A DNA stretch of 64,000 nt, taken from positions 40,424,001-40,488,000 of the forward strand of contig OX597834.1 in the NCBI GenBank assembly GCA_951406725.2, given 5' to 3'. How positions within the stretch are numbered: the first letter of the stretch is position 1; each line of letters starts with the position of its first letter. Position numbers and translations under genes: made by a program. Under the pieces are notes generated by a model that made no database searches, was not told where the DNA came from, and saw nothing but the letters and a program-made list of their open reading frames with translations. Below are positions 14,547-29,004 of this stretch, piece after piece. This stretch comes from Octopus vulgaris. Its lineage: Eukaryota.

Positions 14547-14720
14547 CTTCTTCTTCTTCTTCTTCTTCTTCTTCTTCTTCTTCTTCTTCTTCTTCTTCTT
14601 CTTCTTCTTCTTCTTCTTCTTCTTCTTCTTCTTCTTCTTCTTCTTCTTCTTCTTCTTCTTCTTCTTCTTCTTCTTCTTCTTCTTCTTCTTCTTTTTCTTC
14701 TTCTTCTTCTTCTTCTTCTT

Positions 14721-14750
<30 letters not shown>
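14547..14750 (+). repeat. Near-perfect (CTT)n, about 200 bp
   Basis: Direct reading. Confidence 0.95.
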
Positions 14751-14751
<1 letters not shown>

Positions 14752-15174
14752 TTCAATATTCTTCTTCTTTCCGCCACCTCATTCTCCTTTTTCCTCCTCT
14801 TTTTCTTTTCGTTCTTTTTCTCCGCCGTTTTCTTTCTCTTCTTTTCCATTTTCTTCCTTCCCTTTCTTCTCCTCCTTCTTTCTTCTTTTTCTTCTTCTCC
14901 AAATTTCTCCTCCTCCTCCTCTCACCCACGTGTGGCTGCCTTGATATGTTCATTCCGTCTATATTTCCTATTCTTTTTCGTTATTCAAGTCTTTACACGC
15001 TCGCACATTTTGTCTGACTGTCTCTCTGTCTCTTTCTTTCTTTCTTTTTCTCTCTCTCTCTTTCTCTCTTTCTCTCTCTCGCTCTCTCCCTCTCTCTCTT
15101 TCTCGCTCAAGATATCATCCCGAATGTTCGCTATCTTTTCTTATTTCTCCCTATCTAACTTTTCTCTCTCTCTT

Positions 15175-15209
<35 letters not shown>

Positions 15210-16696
15210 GTCAATCTCTTCTTCTCTCTTACCCTCCTCTCTTTCTCTCCACTCTCTCTCGCCTTTCTTTTCCTCTCCTCTTTCTCTTCTCTCACTGTCT
15301 TTCTCTGTCTGTCGGTCTGTCTATCTCTCCTCCCTCTCTCTCTCTCTCTCTCTCTCTCATCAAACTATCAACAAAAAACAAATCAAAAACAAGGATTCAT
15401 GAAAAATTCCAAAATTCGATCCACCAACAAATTTAACCCTTCATCTGCCTTTTGCCTGCCATCTTCCTCAATTCTTAACCTGTAAACTAAACGATTCAAT
15501 TCATAGGCAATATATATATATATATATATATATTATTTCATCTCACATCAACACACACTTCCATATTTATTTGTCAGCTTATTTCCCAAACTCTTTCACC
15601 CCGATGCTACATAACCTCAACTCTAACGACAGCCCCACGTAAACGTTAATATCGCTCTCCTTAACATTTAAAATCTTCCCTTTTATGACTCTGAAATACA
15701 GTCTCAGTCCACAGGTGATGACGTCATATTCTTCTGTTCTCAATAATCAATATGTCTGCCGTCAAAAATAACGCTCAATTTTTATGAAGACAATATTGCA
15801 TTTCCTGCAACATGCTGAGGACCGACCTCGGGAATATATATATACTTCATTCACATTGTGATATTCATTTAGTAACATCACTTCGTGTTCGCTGATACAC
15901 CCAAATATACACAGTCAAAAAATATGTACACATACAAACACACATACACATTAACACATACACACAAATACACACATAGACGAGACGCACTAACACATGT
16001 ATGTATGTATGTATGTATGTATGTATGTATGTATGTATGTATGTATGTATGTATGTATGTATGTATGAATATATGCATGTATGTATGTATGTATGTATGT
16101 ATGTATGTATGTATGTATGTGGGCATGTATGTATGTATGTATGTATGTATGTATGTATGTATGTATGTATGTGCGTATGTATGTAAGCATTTAAATTTTC
16201 ATTTGTCCATATGGAATTATATACATATAGATAGTATATATGTAACACACACACACACATATATACATATACATACACACATATATATATCCATATATAT
16301 ACACACACATATATATATATAAATACATGATATATATATATATATATATATACATACATATATATGCATTATATATCAATATATATATATACACACTTTC
16401 ATATATCCTTAATATACAATGACATAATGACGTCTTTATATAGTTACAGAATTTCCTACATCCATACACACACACACACACACGTACACACACGTACACA
16501 CACGTACACACACGTACACACACAAGGTTATATACCCCATCTGGCGTGTTCTACCCGACGAAGTAAATTAACTAATTTACTCGTATATTTCATTTTCTTT
16601 AGTTCAAACCAATTTCCAAATTTATCCTATATTCTAGTTTCACCTTATATATTTTTACATGTATTTATACATACATACATACACACATACATATAC

Positions 16697-16795
<99 letters not shown>

Positions 16796-17037
16796 CATAT
16801 ATACATATATATGTATATATATATTTATATATATACACATACATATATACCTACATGTATATATGTATATGTGTGTGTGTGTATGTGTGTGTCTATGTAT
16901 GTCTGTGCATATAGACATGTATTTATGTATCTATATTGTTTCTATACATTCGCAAGTATATATGTATATATATATATATATATAAATACTTATATATACG
17001 CATAGATTCTTACACACACACACACACACACACGCAC

Positions 17038-17071
<34 letters not shown>

Positions 17072-18132
17072 CAAACAAACAACCGCCTTCACCTCTTCTC
17101 TAATTGCATTTCATCAAGTCTCAATGAAAGACGAGTTTCTTTATTGCCAGAGTCGAGAGAAGAAACACAAGGCAGAGAAAATAATTACAACATCGACAGG
17201 AACAACAACAGCAACAACGACGACAACAACAACAACAACAACAATGACAACAACAGTAACAACATCAATAACAATGACAAGCATCACAACAACAGCAACA
17301 ATTCCAACAACAACGACAGCGTCAGCAAAAAGTAAAATGGCGGCGACGACAACCTTTATCACAACAGTATCGAGCAAAAAACCCAATAAAAACACAAATA
17401 CGCCGCCGCCGCCGCCGCCACCACCACCGTTCCTATAACCATCACTAGAACCAACCACCACCACCACCACCACCACCGCCTCCACCATCAGCAACGAATA
17501 CTGTCTTTGTGAACAACAGCAACAACAACAACATCAACAACAACCGCAACAACGACCACAGCCACATCAACCACCAAAAAAATAACAAAGCCGCAACAAC
17601 CTCAACGACTACACCTACTACTACTACTACCATCACCACCACCACCAGCACCACTACTACTACTACTACTACCATCACCACTACCACCAGCACCACCCAC
17701 TACTACTACTACCATCACCACCACCACCAGCACCACCAGCACCACTACTACTACTGTCACTTCTATCATTACTACCACTACTACTACAACAATAACTACT
17801 ACAACTACAACAGCAGCAATAACTACTACTACTACTATTACTACTACTACAACAACAATAACTACTAAAACTACTTCTACAACTACAACAGCAGCAATAA
17901 CTACTACTACTACTACTACAATAACATCAATAATCATCCAATAAAATGTATAAAAAGGAAACTAACTATAATGGCCCCCTGTCTGAACCCTACAGAACTC
18001 CCCTTTTGAACTCATTTTACCTTTTATATCGATATTAAGTTTTAGTTCTCTTTTGTTTTTCGATTATTATTATCGTTATTATTATTGTTATTGTTGTTGT
18101 TGTTATTATTATTGTTATTATTATTATTGTTG

Positions 18133-18166
<34 letters not shown>

Positions 18167-18523
18167 GATTATTTTCTTTTCAGTTTTCCTCTCCCCCATT
18201 TCAACTTTCGATATTTTTTTCTCCTTGTTTCTTTCATCTTATTTCTTTCTTTCAGTCAGTCTATATTTAATTGCGATATCTTGCTTCTTTGCCAGATATT
18301 TATCGATCGCTTCCATCTTCCAAAAATGGTCTTGGAACATGCCAATAACAAGTTCCTACAATCTAAGTTATTCCATCATTTTCAATTCCATTTTCGAGTG
18401 TTGTTACTTTAATTGAACTCAAAACCGTTTTTGTAATTCCTTAATAATACCATCGTGGCCCAAATTTGCCAAGAAGAAAACTGGAAAGTTTTGCTTATAG
18501 TTCTGGGATCTGTAGTATCGTAG

Positions 18524-18696
<173 letters not shown>

Positions 18697-18701
18697 TATA
18701 T

Positions 18702-19258
18702 GGGTACAGGACGTCACCAACTGTGTAAACACGAAGTACAAAAACAAACGAGTTAAATACGCAAACAACGAGAAAAAGGGAAAACAGAACAAGTAATATA
18801 GAGAAAGACCCTTCATCAGTTGTCGGCTGTCTATCTACTCCTCATTTCGAGCATTCAACGACAATATGAGTCTTCGAAGACAGTCACTCCCATAAATTCC
18901 AAAATAAAATTTTGAATTTATGGACGGTCAAAGTTGGGAACAAAACCAGGACAGTGGATGCATACAAGGAAACCGAACGAAAACAAGCATGGAGGGTCGT
19001 TAGACCAGAATGAGAGGAAAATGGTGAACACCAAGAGAAATTTTTTTCTTTGAAAAGGGAAAAGATAGAGGAAAGAGAGAGAAGACGCCCAGCCTTAGAA
19101 CGTCGTGCAGGAAAAGAAAGATGGTCACGTAACGAAAAGAAAGATGGACGATGGTCACGTGTGAGCAATGAGAGAGATAAAAATAGGAGGGAGAGAGACA
19201 GACAGACAGAAAACGGTGAAGGGGAGAAAAGGGAATTAGAGAAAGATGGGTGAGGAAA
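18702..19258 (-). mobile_element. (TA)n-flanked island, probable Penelope-like terminal remnant (family C)
   Basis: Unique sequence bounded by TA repeats and carrying a hammerhead core; same setting as families A and B. Confidence 0.45.
18808..18870 (-). ncRNA. Hammerhead ribozyme motif with non-standard (reversed) strand order
   Basis: CUCAU-A-UUGUCG ... GCUC-GAA-AUGAG ... CGACAA-CUGAUGA-A-GGGU; all three helices pair in register with the core. Confidence 0.6.
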
Positions 19259-20514
19259 GATATATATATTCTTTTCTACTCTAGGCACAACGCCCGAAAT
19301 TTTGGGTGAGGGAGCCAGTCGATTAGATCGACCCCCAATAAAAACTTGAAATGGACATAGTTTGCGGTAACTTAACAGACGGCTCTACATTATACGCAGA
19401 GTAGACACAAGAAAATCTTTAAACGGTCAAATCGAAGAATATCAAGTAAAGACCCTGAAGAAACTGCACCGGTTTTATAGTAGGGTTGCAATTGCAGCGG
19501 TTACTAATCGGTGCAATTGGAACATGTGTGGGTCTGTATGAGGCGGTATATAAATCAAAGAATTAAAGGTAGCGCTATGCAACTTCGTAGTAATCCTTAT
19601 TATTTATCTATGTATTATATTAAATAAACTCTCTCTCTCTCTCTGTTTATTTTCTCTTATCTTTTGATCGGTTCAACTGGAACACTCATCGTCGTAACCG
19701 ACGGAGTGCCAGTTTGTAGGATTCAATAGAATCTAGGCACATCGATGCGTAGAACGCCAGAAATGGCTAGGCATAATAACATAATAACATAATAACAGAT
19801 GTTGGTAGAATACTGTAGATATGTAAGAACTAAATCCAATTTAAACCGTACATCTGATTCAGAGCTGGTTCTACGCTCGACGTAGGAATAACAAAAAACC
19901 GCAAATGGTATTTGAAATGTAAAATTTAATAGCTGTTGAAAATTTTAAATCCCATTTGTGTTCTTTTTTATACGGACATACGCGCACACACACACACACA
20001 AGTAAGCATGTCGGTACAAAACCAGGTGGAAAAATTAGTACTCGATTACCAAAGGTAGAGTAAAATACTATTTTACTGAAACGGAAAAAAACTTCGCAAA
20101 CTGTTCTTACTTTCTTTCTCTCCCTCACTCACTCACTCTCTTTTTCCCTCTTTCTCTCTTTCTCATATTTCCTTTTCACCCTTTCTTTCTCATGGTTTCC
20201 TTATCTATTTTTTTAATTTTATTGTACGTTTTATTATATTTTTCTTTAGTTCTCTATTTTATATCTTCTTTACTGCAATAGTTTTTGATCTCTTAAATCT
20301 TGCCTCATTTTTTCATTCAATTTTCGCTTCTCTTTGTTCGTCTAATTTCACGTCTTTTATTCCGCCATTTTCTTTGCAATATATCATTCCTTCTTTCTTT
20401 CTTTCTTTTTTACTTTCTTTATTTGTTTCTTTCCTTCCTTCTTTTTTCTTCTTTTCTTTGTTAGTTTCTTCTTTGTTTCCTTCTCTCTTTCCATTTTCCC
20501 CTACTTTTTGTTTG

Positions 20515-20822
20515 TTTCTTTCCTTCCTGCTTTCTTTCTCCATACACCATTTTCTCTCTTTCCTTCATTTTCCCTTTCGTTGTTTCATTTTTTCCTTCTT
20601 TATTCCTTTATCATTTATTTATTTCCTTCTTCACATATTTCTGTCCTTGTTTGCTTGTTTCTTTCTTTCCTTCCTGCTTTCTTTCTCCATACACCATTTT
20701 CTCTCTTTCCTTCATTTTTCCTTTCGTTGTTTCATTCTTTCCTTCTTTATTCCTTTATCATTTGTTTCTTTCCTTCTTCACATATTTCTGTCCTTGTTTG
20801 CTTGTTTCTTTCTTTCCTTCCT
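20515..20822 (+). repeat. Tandem duplication, 147-bp period, pyrimidine-rich
   Basis: TCCTTCCTGC at 20521 and 20668; CTGTCCTTGT at 20641 and 20788. Confidence 0.9.
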
Positions 20823-21742
20823 CCATTTTGCTTCTTCCCTATCCTTCTTCCTTTCGTTCATTTTCCTTGATTCTCTCTTTCCTTTTTTCCTTTTTCTCTC
20901 CCATCTTTTCTTCTCCGTTTTCTACCACTTCCTTTCCACTCCAAACTCGCCATATTTTCATCTGTTCTCCATTTTAAACTTTATCTTCTCATTTCTTTTC
21001 CTTCCTCTATTTTTACATTTTTATTACCTTTCACGTAATTTGTCCTCATTTTATCATAATATGTTTTTACTTCCGTTTCCGTTTCTTTCCTTCCTTCCCT
21101 CTTCCTCAATTCTTTCACTTTTCTTTCTATATACCTCCTCTTCATTTCTCATTCTTTCCTTTCTCTTTATCCCTAACCTTCTCCCCCCTCACTCACTATC
21201 CCCCCCTCTCTCTCTCTCTCACTACCACCACCATCTGTACCACCACAGTACTATCAATGTCCATGTTGTAAAACACACACACACACAAATACACATACAC
21301 ACATCATCCACCAGTTGGTCGTCTGCATGTTTTCATTTGACGACGTCACGTTACAAGGTAAAGTCGTCTGCTTCTACCACCACCGCCACAACCACCATCA
21401 ACACCACAACGACATCACTACTACTACGCTACCACTTACACTACTACTACTACTAAAACCCCGCCCCGCCCCACCCTAATACTACCAGCACCACATGATA
21501 TATCCTCAAAACCACACATTATTCCGCTGCACTTTCAAACTCTCCCTCGTTCATTGCAACAAAACCTTTAGGCTTAATGGCCACCTGCACGCCATGAACC
21601 AAAGTGGGGTTTTCATTTTTTTTCTATGATTTTTTCCCTTCTTTTACACATACAGAATTGAAGTTTCCAGAGACAGCATGGCGTCTTGTGTATGTGTGTG
21701 TGTGTATGTGTGTGTGTGTGTGTGTGTGTGAGTGTGTGTGTG

Positions 21743-21824
<82 letters not shown>

Positions 21825-21975
21825 TATATGAATATTTATATATAAATATATGCACAGATATATGTATATATATCTGTGCATACACACACACACATATGTA
21901 TATATATATATATATATATAGATAGATAGATAGATAGATAGATAGATGTGTGTGTCTATATATATATTTAAATAA

Positions 21976-22062
<87 letters not shown>

Positions 22063-22483
22063 GGCGGCGAGCTGACAAGAGTTAAGACGCCATACAAAAT
22101 ACTTAACGGCATTTTGTCCATCTTTATGTTGAGTTCGAAATCCGGCCCGATCAGCTTTTGCATTTATTGGCCGTGGAGGGACTTTTCTCGCCTTTGCTTT
22201 TCGTTGTATTCTGAAAATCCGTTTTCAGCTTTGATTTTAGCTTTTTCACAAAGTTTCTCCCCCACCTCTCTTTCTCTCTGTCCCTCCCTCGTATCTCTCT
22301 CTTTGTCCTTCCCCCTCCTCTCTCTCTGTCCTTTTTTCTCCCTCTGTTCCCCTCTCTCTCTATCTCTTTCATAATTTTTTGTCATTTCAGCCTCTGCTTT
22401 GTATTTCCTTCTCCTTCCATCTTCTCTCACTTCTACCATTCTGTTACTGAATGCATTAAAGATTCAGAGATCTTTTCTCATAT

Positions 22484-22709
22484 CTATTTCTTTATTACCC
22501 ACAAGGGGCTAAACATAGAGGGGACAAACAAGGACAGACATAGGTATTAAGTTGATTACATCGACCCCAGTGCGTAACTGGTACTTAATTTATCGACCCC
22601 GAAGGGATGAAAGGCAAAGTCGACCTCGGCGGAATTTGAACTCACAACGTAACGCAGACGAAATACCGCTAAGCATTTCGCCCGGCGTGCTAACGTTTCT
22701 GCCAGCTCA
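22484..22709 (-). mobile_element. SINE family 2 monomer
   Basis: Matches 13065-13297. Confidence 0.9.
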
Positions 22710-22979
22710 TCTACTGTTTCTGAACATTTATGTTTAAATATTTTTATTTGAGTAAATCCGAGAAAATATCCCCTTCCCTTTCTCACTACATTGGATGATG
22801 CATGTATCTTATTTAGTCTGGTGATATTGATGATCGTGTTTGTTTTAAGTCTTCAACGATCGAATTTGCATTATTTTCATTGTGTTACCTAATTTATCGT
22901 TGAGTTTGATTCCTAGGAAATATTTTTGAGGATCAATATCAATGGGAAGATCAATTGATTGTAATATTTTAATGACCTG

Positions 22980-23185
22980 CAATTTCGGTGGAGGGGTCTA
23001 GTTGATTACATCGACCACAAAAGGGTAAAAAGTAAAGTCGACCTCGGCGGAATTTGAACCCAGAACGTCGCTAAGTCACGATAAACTTTGCTTTTCATCA
23101 TCACTCCGGGGTCGATGAAATTAAGTACAAGTCGAGCACTGAGGTTGACGGTATAAATTTGGCCCTTCCCCTAAAAATTGTTAGC
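22980..23185. mobile_element. Two SINE family 2 fragments in opposite orientation
   Basis: GTCGACCTCGGCGGAATTTGAAC (minus copy), then ACTTTGCTTTTCATC...GGGGTCGATGAAATTAAGTAC (plus copy). Confidence 0.7.
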
Positions 23186-23197
23186 TTATACTTAGAT

Positions 23198-23243
<46 letters not shown>

Positions 23244-23329
23244 GCTGCTGCTGCTGATGATGATGCTGCTGCTGCTGCTGCTGATACTACTACTACTACT
23301 ACTACTGTTGCTGCTGCTGATGATGATGA

Positions 23330-23381
<52 letters not shown>

Positions 23382-23387
23382 GCTACT

Positions 23388-23600
23388 AGGTGCGGTGAGA
23401 TGGCAAATTCGTCAGCACACTGGACAAAATGCTTAGTGACATTCCGTTCATCTTTATGTCTTGAGTTCAATTTCTGCCGAGGTCACCTTTACCGTTCACC
23501 CTTTCGAGGTCCATTAAAAAAAATACCAGTTGGACACTGGGGTCGATGTCATCGACTAGTCCCCTTCCCAGAAATTTCAAGCTTTGTGCCTATAATAGAA
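23388..23600 (+). mobile_element. SINE family 2, diverged
   Basis: Head GCGGTGAGATGGC...GAGTTCAATTTC; body to CCCCTTCCCAGAAATTTCA. Confidence 0.8.
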
Positions 23601-23670
23601 AGTATTATTACTATTATTATTATTATTATTATTATTATTATCATCGTCGTCATCATCATCATCATCATCA

Positions 23671-23770
<100 letters not shown>

Positions 23771-23774
23771 TATT

Positions 23775-23839
<65 letters not shown>

Positions 23840-24333
23840 TATTATTCAGCCATCAAATTTTCATTACATGGTTTTCCCCCCGATCTTCCGATAGCTTTGT
23901 TTTGCTCTATTTGTCAGTATTGCGTGGAACCGCATTTAATGCCATACGCTCTGCGTGCGTGTGAATATATATATATATATATCTTATATATATATATTTA
24001 TAAGGTTATATGCTTCATCCCGTGTGTTATTCTTAATCATTCACAAGGCGCATACTATTAAAGGGATTTTCTTGTTTTTAAGTTCCCACTCTTCTGTTTA
24101 TCTCTATTTCCAGATAATTTTTCTATTTCGTTCGTAGAAAAACATTCTCGTCTCTTGGGATTTGTATTTCGATTAGGATCCACTGGTTTTATATATATAT
24201 GAATCCAGCAGATTTCTCTTAATCTCTCAGTGTGAATAACATATTCCTCTGCCTTTTGCAGAGAACTTTTCGATTGCATGCCGAGAGCCACAACTCTTTC
24301 AAGCCTGTATCATCATCACCATTCTTCTTCTTC

Positions 24334-24498
<165 letters not shown>

Positions 24499-24710
24499 AG
24501 GCGTCGAACTGGGATAATTGTTAGCACTCCGGGCAAAATGGTTAGCGGCATTTCGTCTGTGCCTACGTTCTGAGTTCAAATTCCGCTGAGGTCGACTTTG
24601 CCTTTCATCCTTTCGATTCGATAAAATTCCTACCAGTTGAACACGGGGGTCCATGTGATGGACTTGCCCCTTCCCTCAAAATTGCTGGCTTTTAGCCAAA
24701 ATTTGAAACT
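24499..24710 (+). mobile_element. SINE family 2
   Basis: GTTCTGAGTTCAAATTCCGCTGAGGTCGACTTTGCCTTTCATCC. Confidence 0.85.
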
Positions 24711-24753
24711 ATTATTATTATTGTTATTAATGCTGTTGTTGCTGTTGTTGTTG

Positions 24754-24817
<64 letters not shown>

Positions 24818-26081
24818 AACTACTACTACTACTACTTCTACTGTATCTCCCATATTTAGCTTAATACTAGAGGTGCATTAATGCACCAGTTGTTCATTAA
24901 TGAAAATGATAACCATAAGATACACTCACCCCACCTCACCCCACCCAAAGCAAGTCCTGAAAACGATAGACCCAGATAGATGTATGAAGTCACTACAATG
25001 TATATAAAATGTGGACGGACATCTAAAGGAAAGCAGTTCTCGCTTGAAGATCGCCACGGCATGAAATTCTGTACATTTTGAATATATACAGACACATTCA
25101 CATAAACGCTCAGACACACACTTATATAAATAATTATGTATGTATGTATGTATGTATGTATGTATGTATGTATGTATGTATTATGTATGTATTATGTATG
25201 TATGTGTCTTCTATTTTTTAAATTATTATAAATCTTCTACTCAGGAGGGAGCCGGTTTCCAACAAAGATACAATGTTCCATGTTTGTGATGTAATTAACG
25301 CAAATTCACATTTGGAACTTGAGAAAAGTCTTGCATATTTTTACTGTTCCACTCACAGATTGCACTTGTAATGTACGAATTAGCCAATCGATTTCTCTTT
25401 CTGAAAATCCCAGTTCATTCACGTTCTCCTTTAAGCATTTACTAACAAAACCTAGTGCACCAATTATGCATGTACGTACGTATGTATGTATGTATGTATG
25501 TTCTTGGTTTAATTTTCAAGTTTCTAATGAACAGAGAAAGAATCCGTTTCTTGCCGAGAAGGAGGACATTTTCATTAGAATATAGACCACATCAGTGTGT
25601 TCTTGCGCATACATATGTAAGAATATATGTGTATATATAATATTATGTACATATATATGTGTGTAGGTATGTATGCATAATTCTATGCCTGTATATGTGT
25701 ATGTATGCATGCGTACATATATTCTTGTACACATAGATGTATATGTATGTATGTATGCACATATATGTGTGTATGTGTGTGCGTGAGTGTGTATGTGTGT
25801 GCGTGAGTGTGTCTGTGTGTACGTGAGTTTATGATTATGTATAAAGCTGATAAGAGATGAATCTTTAGTTAAATAGATCGCCAGTAAACCGAAGTTATCA
25901 TTCCCCGAAGATCTGATAGTGTTTTTTTTTTTTCACACACGCTGAAATAAGTTAACTAAGGTATATTATGTAGAATTTAATGTTCTGCCCCAAGACACAC
26001 AATACATATATATGTATGGAATGGAGGGGGTGTCTCACTATCTGTTTGTGTGTTTCTGATATTCTTTACTAATACATACAC

Positions 26082-26172
<91 letters not shown>

Positions 26173-26173
26173 C

Positions 26174-26254
<81 letters not shown>

Positions 26255-26436
26255 TATATGTATGTATGTATGTATACTGGCGTACACCCACCTACATGTG
26301 TGTGTATTTATGTGTGTGTGAGGGCGTGTGCTTCAATGGTGAATTCATCAATTCAAATTGATAGGAAACTGATAACGCATTCTCTGTTATTGACTGTTTT
26401 GTGCAAAAGTTCATGACCCATGAAACTAAACATAAC

Positions 26437-26480
<44 letters not shown>

Positions 26481-26560
26481 CAGATATGATAATATGTATA
26501 TGTATGTATGGCTGTGTGTGTTTACATATATGCATATATGATATAATAATATTATGTACA

Positions 26561-26591
<31 letters not shown>

Positions 26592-26779
26592 GTATAGATA
26601 TATATATACATATATATATATATATAATATATATACATAGAGAGTAAGAGAGAGTTACACTCATACATACATATGCGTGTGTAAGAGTTTATATATATAT
26701 ACACACAGATATATGTGTGAGTGCGCGCGCACCTATATATATATATATGCACATCTATCTATCTATCTTTCTATCTACC

Positions 26780-26865
<86 letters not shown>

Positions 26866-26961
26866 GAGATAGATAGATAGATAGATATATAAAATATACA
26901 CTCTCATACACACATACGTACATAAATGTAAATATATATATATATATATATATACATAGAC

Positions 26962-27055
<94 letters not shown>

Positions 27056-28145
27056 CCTATGACATAAATGTATGTCTATATGTATGTATGTACATAAGCA
27101 TGTGTGTGTGTGTTAGATCAAGTGATAATACATTGAGAAACAATAAGTAATGGTTGACTTTTATTGTTGTTGTTATTGCTGGCATTTCAATGATTGAAAA
27201 TCTTAACGTTCACAACTTATTGATCACCAGACCGTTTGACAGTAAAAAGACAATGAGTTCTATAATTTTGGAGAGAGAGAGGGAAAAAAAATCAATCAAA
27301 TATTTTGATACTTTTCTTCATCTTTTTGTTTACTTCTTTGCTGTTTTTTCTTTTTTTGTTTTTATATATTTTTCATTGTTTCTTTTTGTTGTTGTTTTTG
27401 TCGCCTTTTCTGGTTATCGAAGTAAATTTTGTGTTTTTTGTTTGTTGTTTGTGTGTTTTTGTATGTTTGTTTGTTTGATTTTTGTTTTTGTTTGTTTTTT
27501 TTTTCGAATCACGTCTATATATCACAATGGTTCATTGGTTGGTATGTTTCTAGTGTCACCCATTACGACACTTACAAATGAATGTATTGTTAGCATAGAA
27601 AAACGTGAAATGTACTCCTATAGAGTCGAACCAAGCTTAGCAGACGAGAGATAAGAAGTGGCTGAAGGAATAACAACAACAACAACAACAACACAACAGC
27701 GATGACAATGGCCACCATCAACAAAAACACAACAGCGATGACAATGGCTACCATCAACACCACGAAAGTTTACCATATTCCACGCCCGTTGCAGGAGTTG
27801 AAACCGGAAACACATGCTATGAAAATACAATGGTCTTTTGTCGGACACTGCTAAACATGAAGCGTTCTGTAATTTGAATAGAAATTTGAATTTCAAAAAA
27901 AAAAAGAGAATGGGTGTGGTCACGGTTGGAAGTCTTTCTTATGAATGTGAAAAAAAAATGAAAAAAATTTCTGAATCGATAACTATAGACGGGACAGTCA
28001 TTGCAGGAAAGCTAAAAGAAAAACTGATTCTACGAAATGAAGAAATCGAACTCTTAAATATAGAACTATATATGTATATAAATGTATACATGCATGTAGG
28101 CATGCATCTATATAGATGTGTGTGTGTGTGTGTGTATATATATAT

Positions 28146-28458
28146 TGGTAAAACGGTAAGATAACAAAAGAAAGAGACCTCAATATTATGTAAATAGAGG
28201 AAATTTATCTATAAAATAATATGTTACATTACTCGATAGTCAAGATAAAACTCTGAGTTTCAGATGCCGAAGTGGGAATCCACGACGCCATCTCTTCGGT
28301 TATCTGGCTATTTGAAACCGCTATGAAAAAATACTATTTTTTCATAGCGGTTTCAAATAGCCAGATAACCGAAGAGATGGTGTTGTGGATTTCCACTTCG
28401 GCATTTGAAACTCAGAGTTTTATCTTGACTATCGAGTAATGTAACATATTATTTTATA
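28146..28458 (-). mobile_element. (TA)n-embedded Penelope-like remnant with inverted duplication (249-bp palindrome at 28210-28458)
   Basis: 124-bp arms around centre 28334 with four mismatches; hammerhead motif in each arm. Confidence 0.65.
28244..28304 (-). ncRNA. Type I hammerhead-like motif (mirror copy at 28364-28424 on plus)
   Basis: GAUAA-CCGAAGA-GAUG...GUGG-AUUC-CCAC...CAUC-U-GAAACUC-A-GAGUU-UUAUC. Confidence 0.55.
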
Positions 28459-28472
28459 TATATATATATATC

Positions 28473-28538
<66 letters not shown>

Positions 28539-28755
28539 TTTTTATAATTATGAGTATAATTATAATTTGGGTTCAGCAAAAAAATATGCTTCACCACATA
28601 CTGAAATTTAGAAATAGCAGCAAAAAAAAAAGAAACTAGCTATTTCTCTACTATAAGAATATCTCCCAGATAACATAGAATGGAAATGTGTTTTTTTTTT
28701 TGCATTTTTCATATCTATGTAACTCCGAAACGCGTCCACTGTTAATCAAATGGTT

Positions 28756-29004
<249 letters not shown>

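Noticed and set aside
19340-19630. Possible solo LTR (TATATAAA followed by AATAAA)
   Set aside because: No clear TG...CA termini, TSD or second copy.
20374-21456. 360-aa Phe/Leu/Ser-rich ORF resembling a membrane protein
   Set aside because: Pyrimidine-rich low-complexity DNA containing a tandem duplication.
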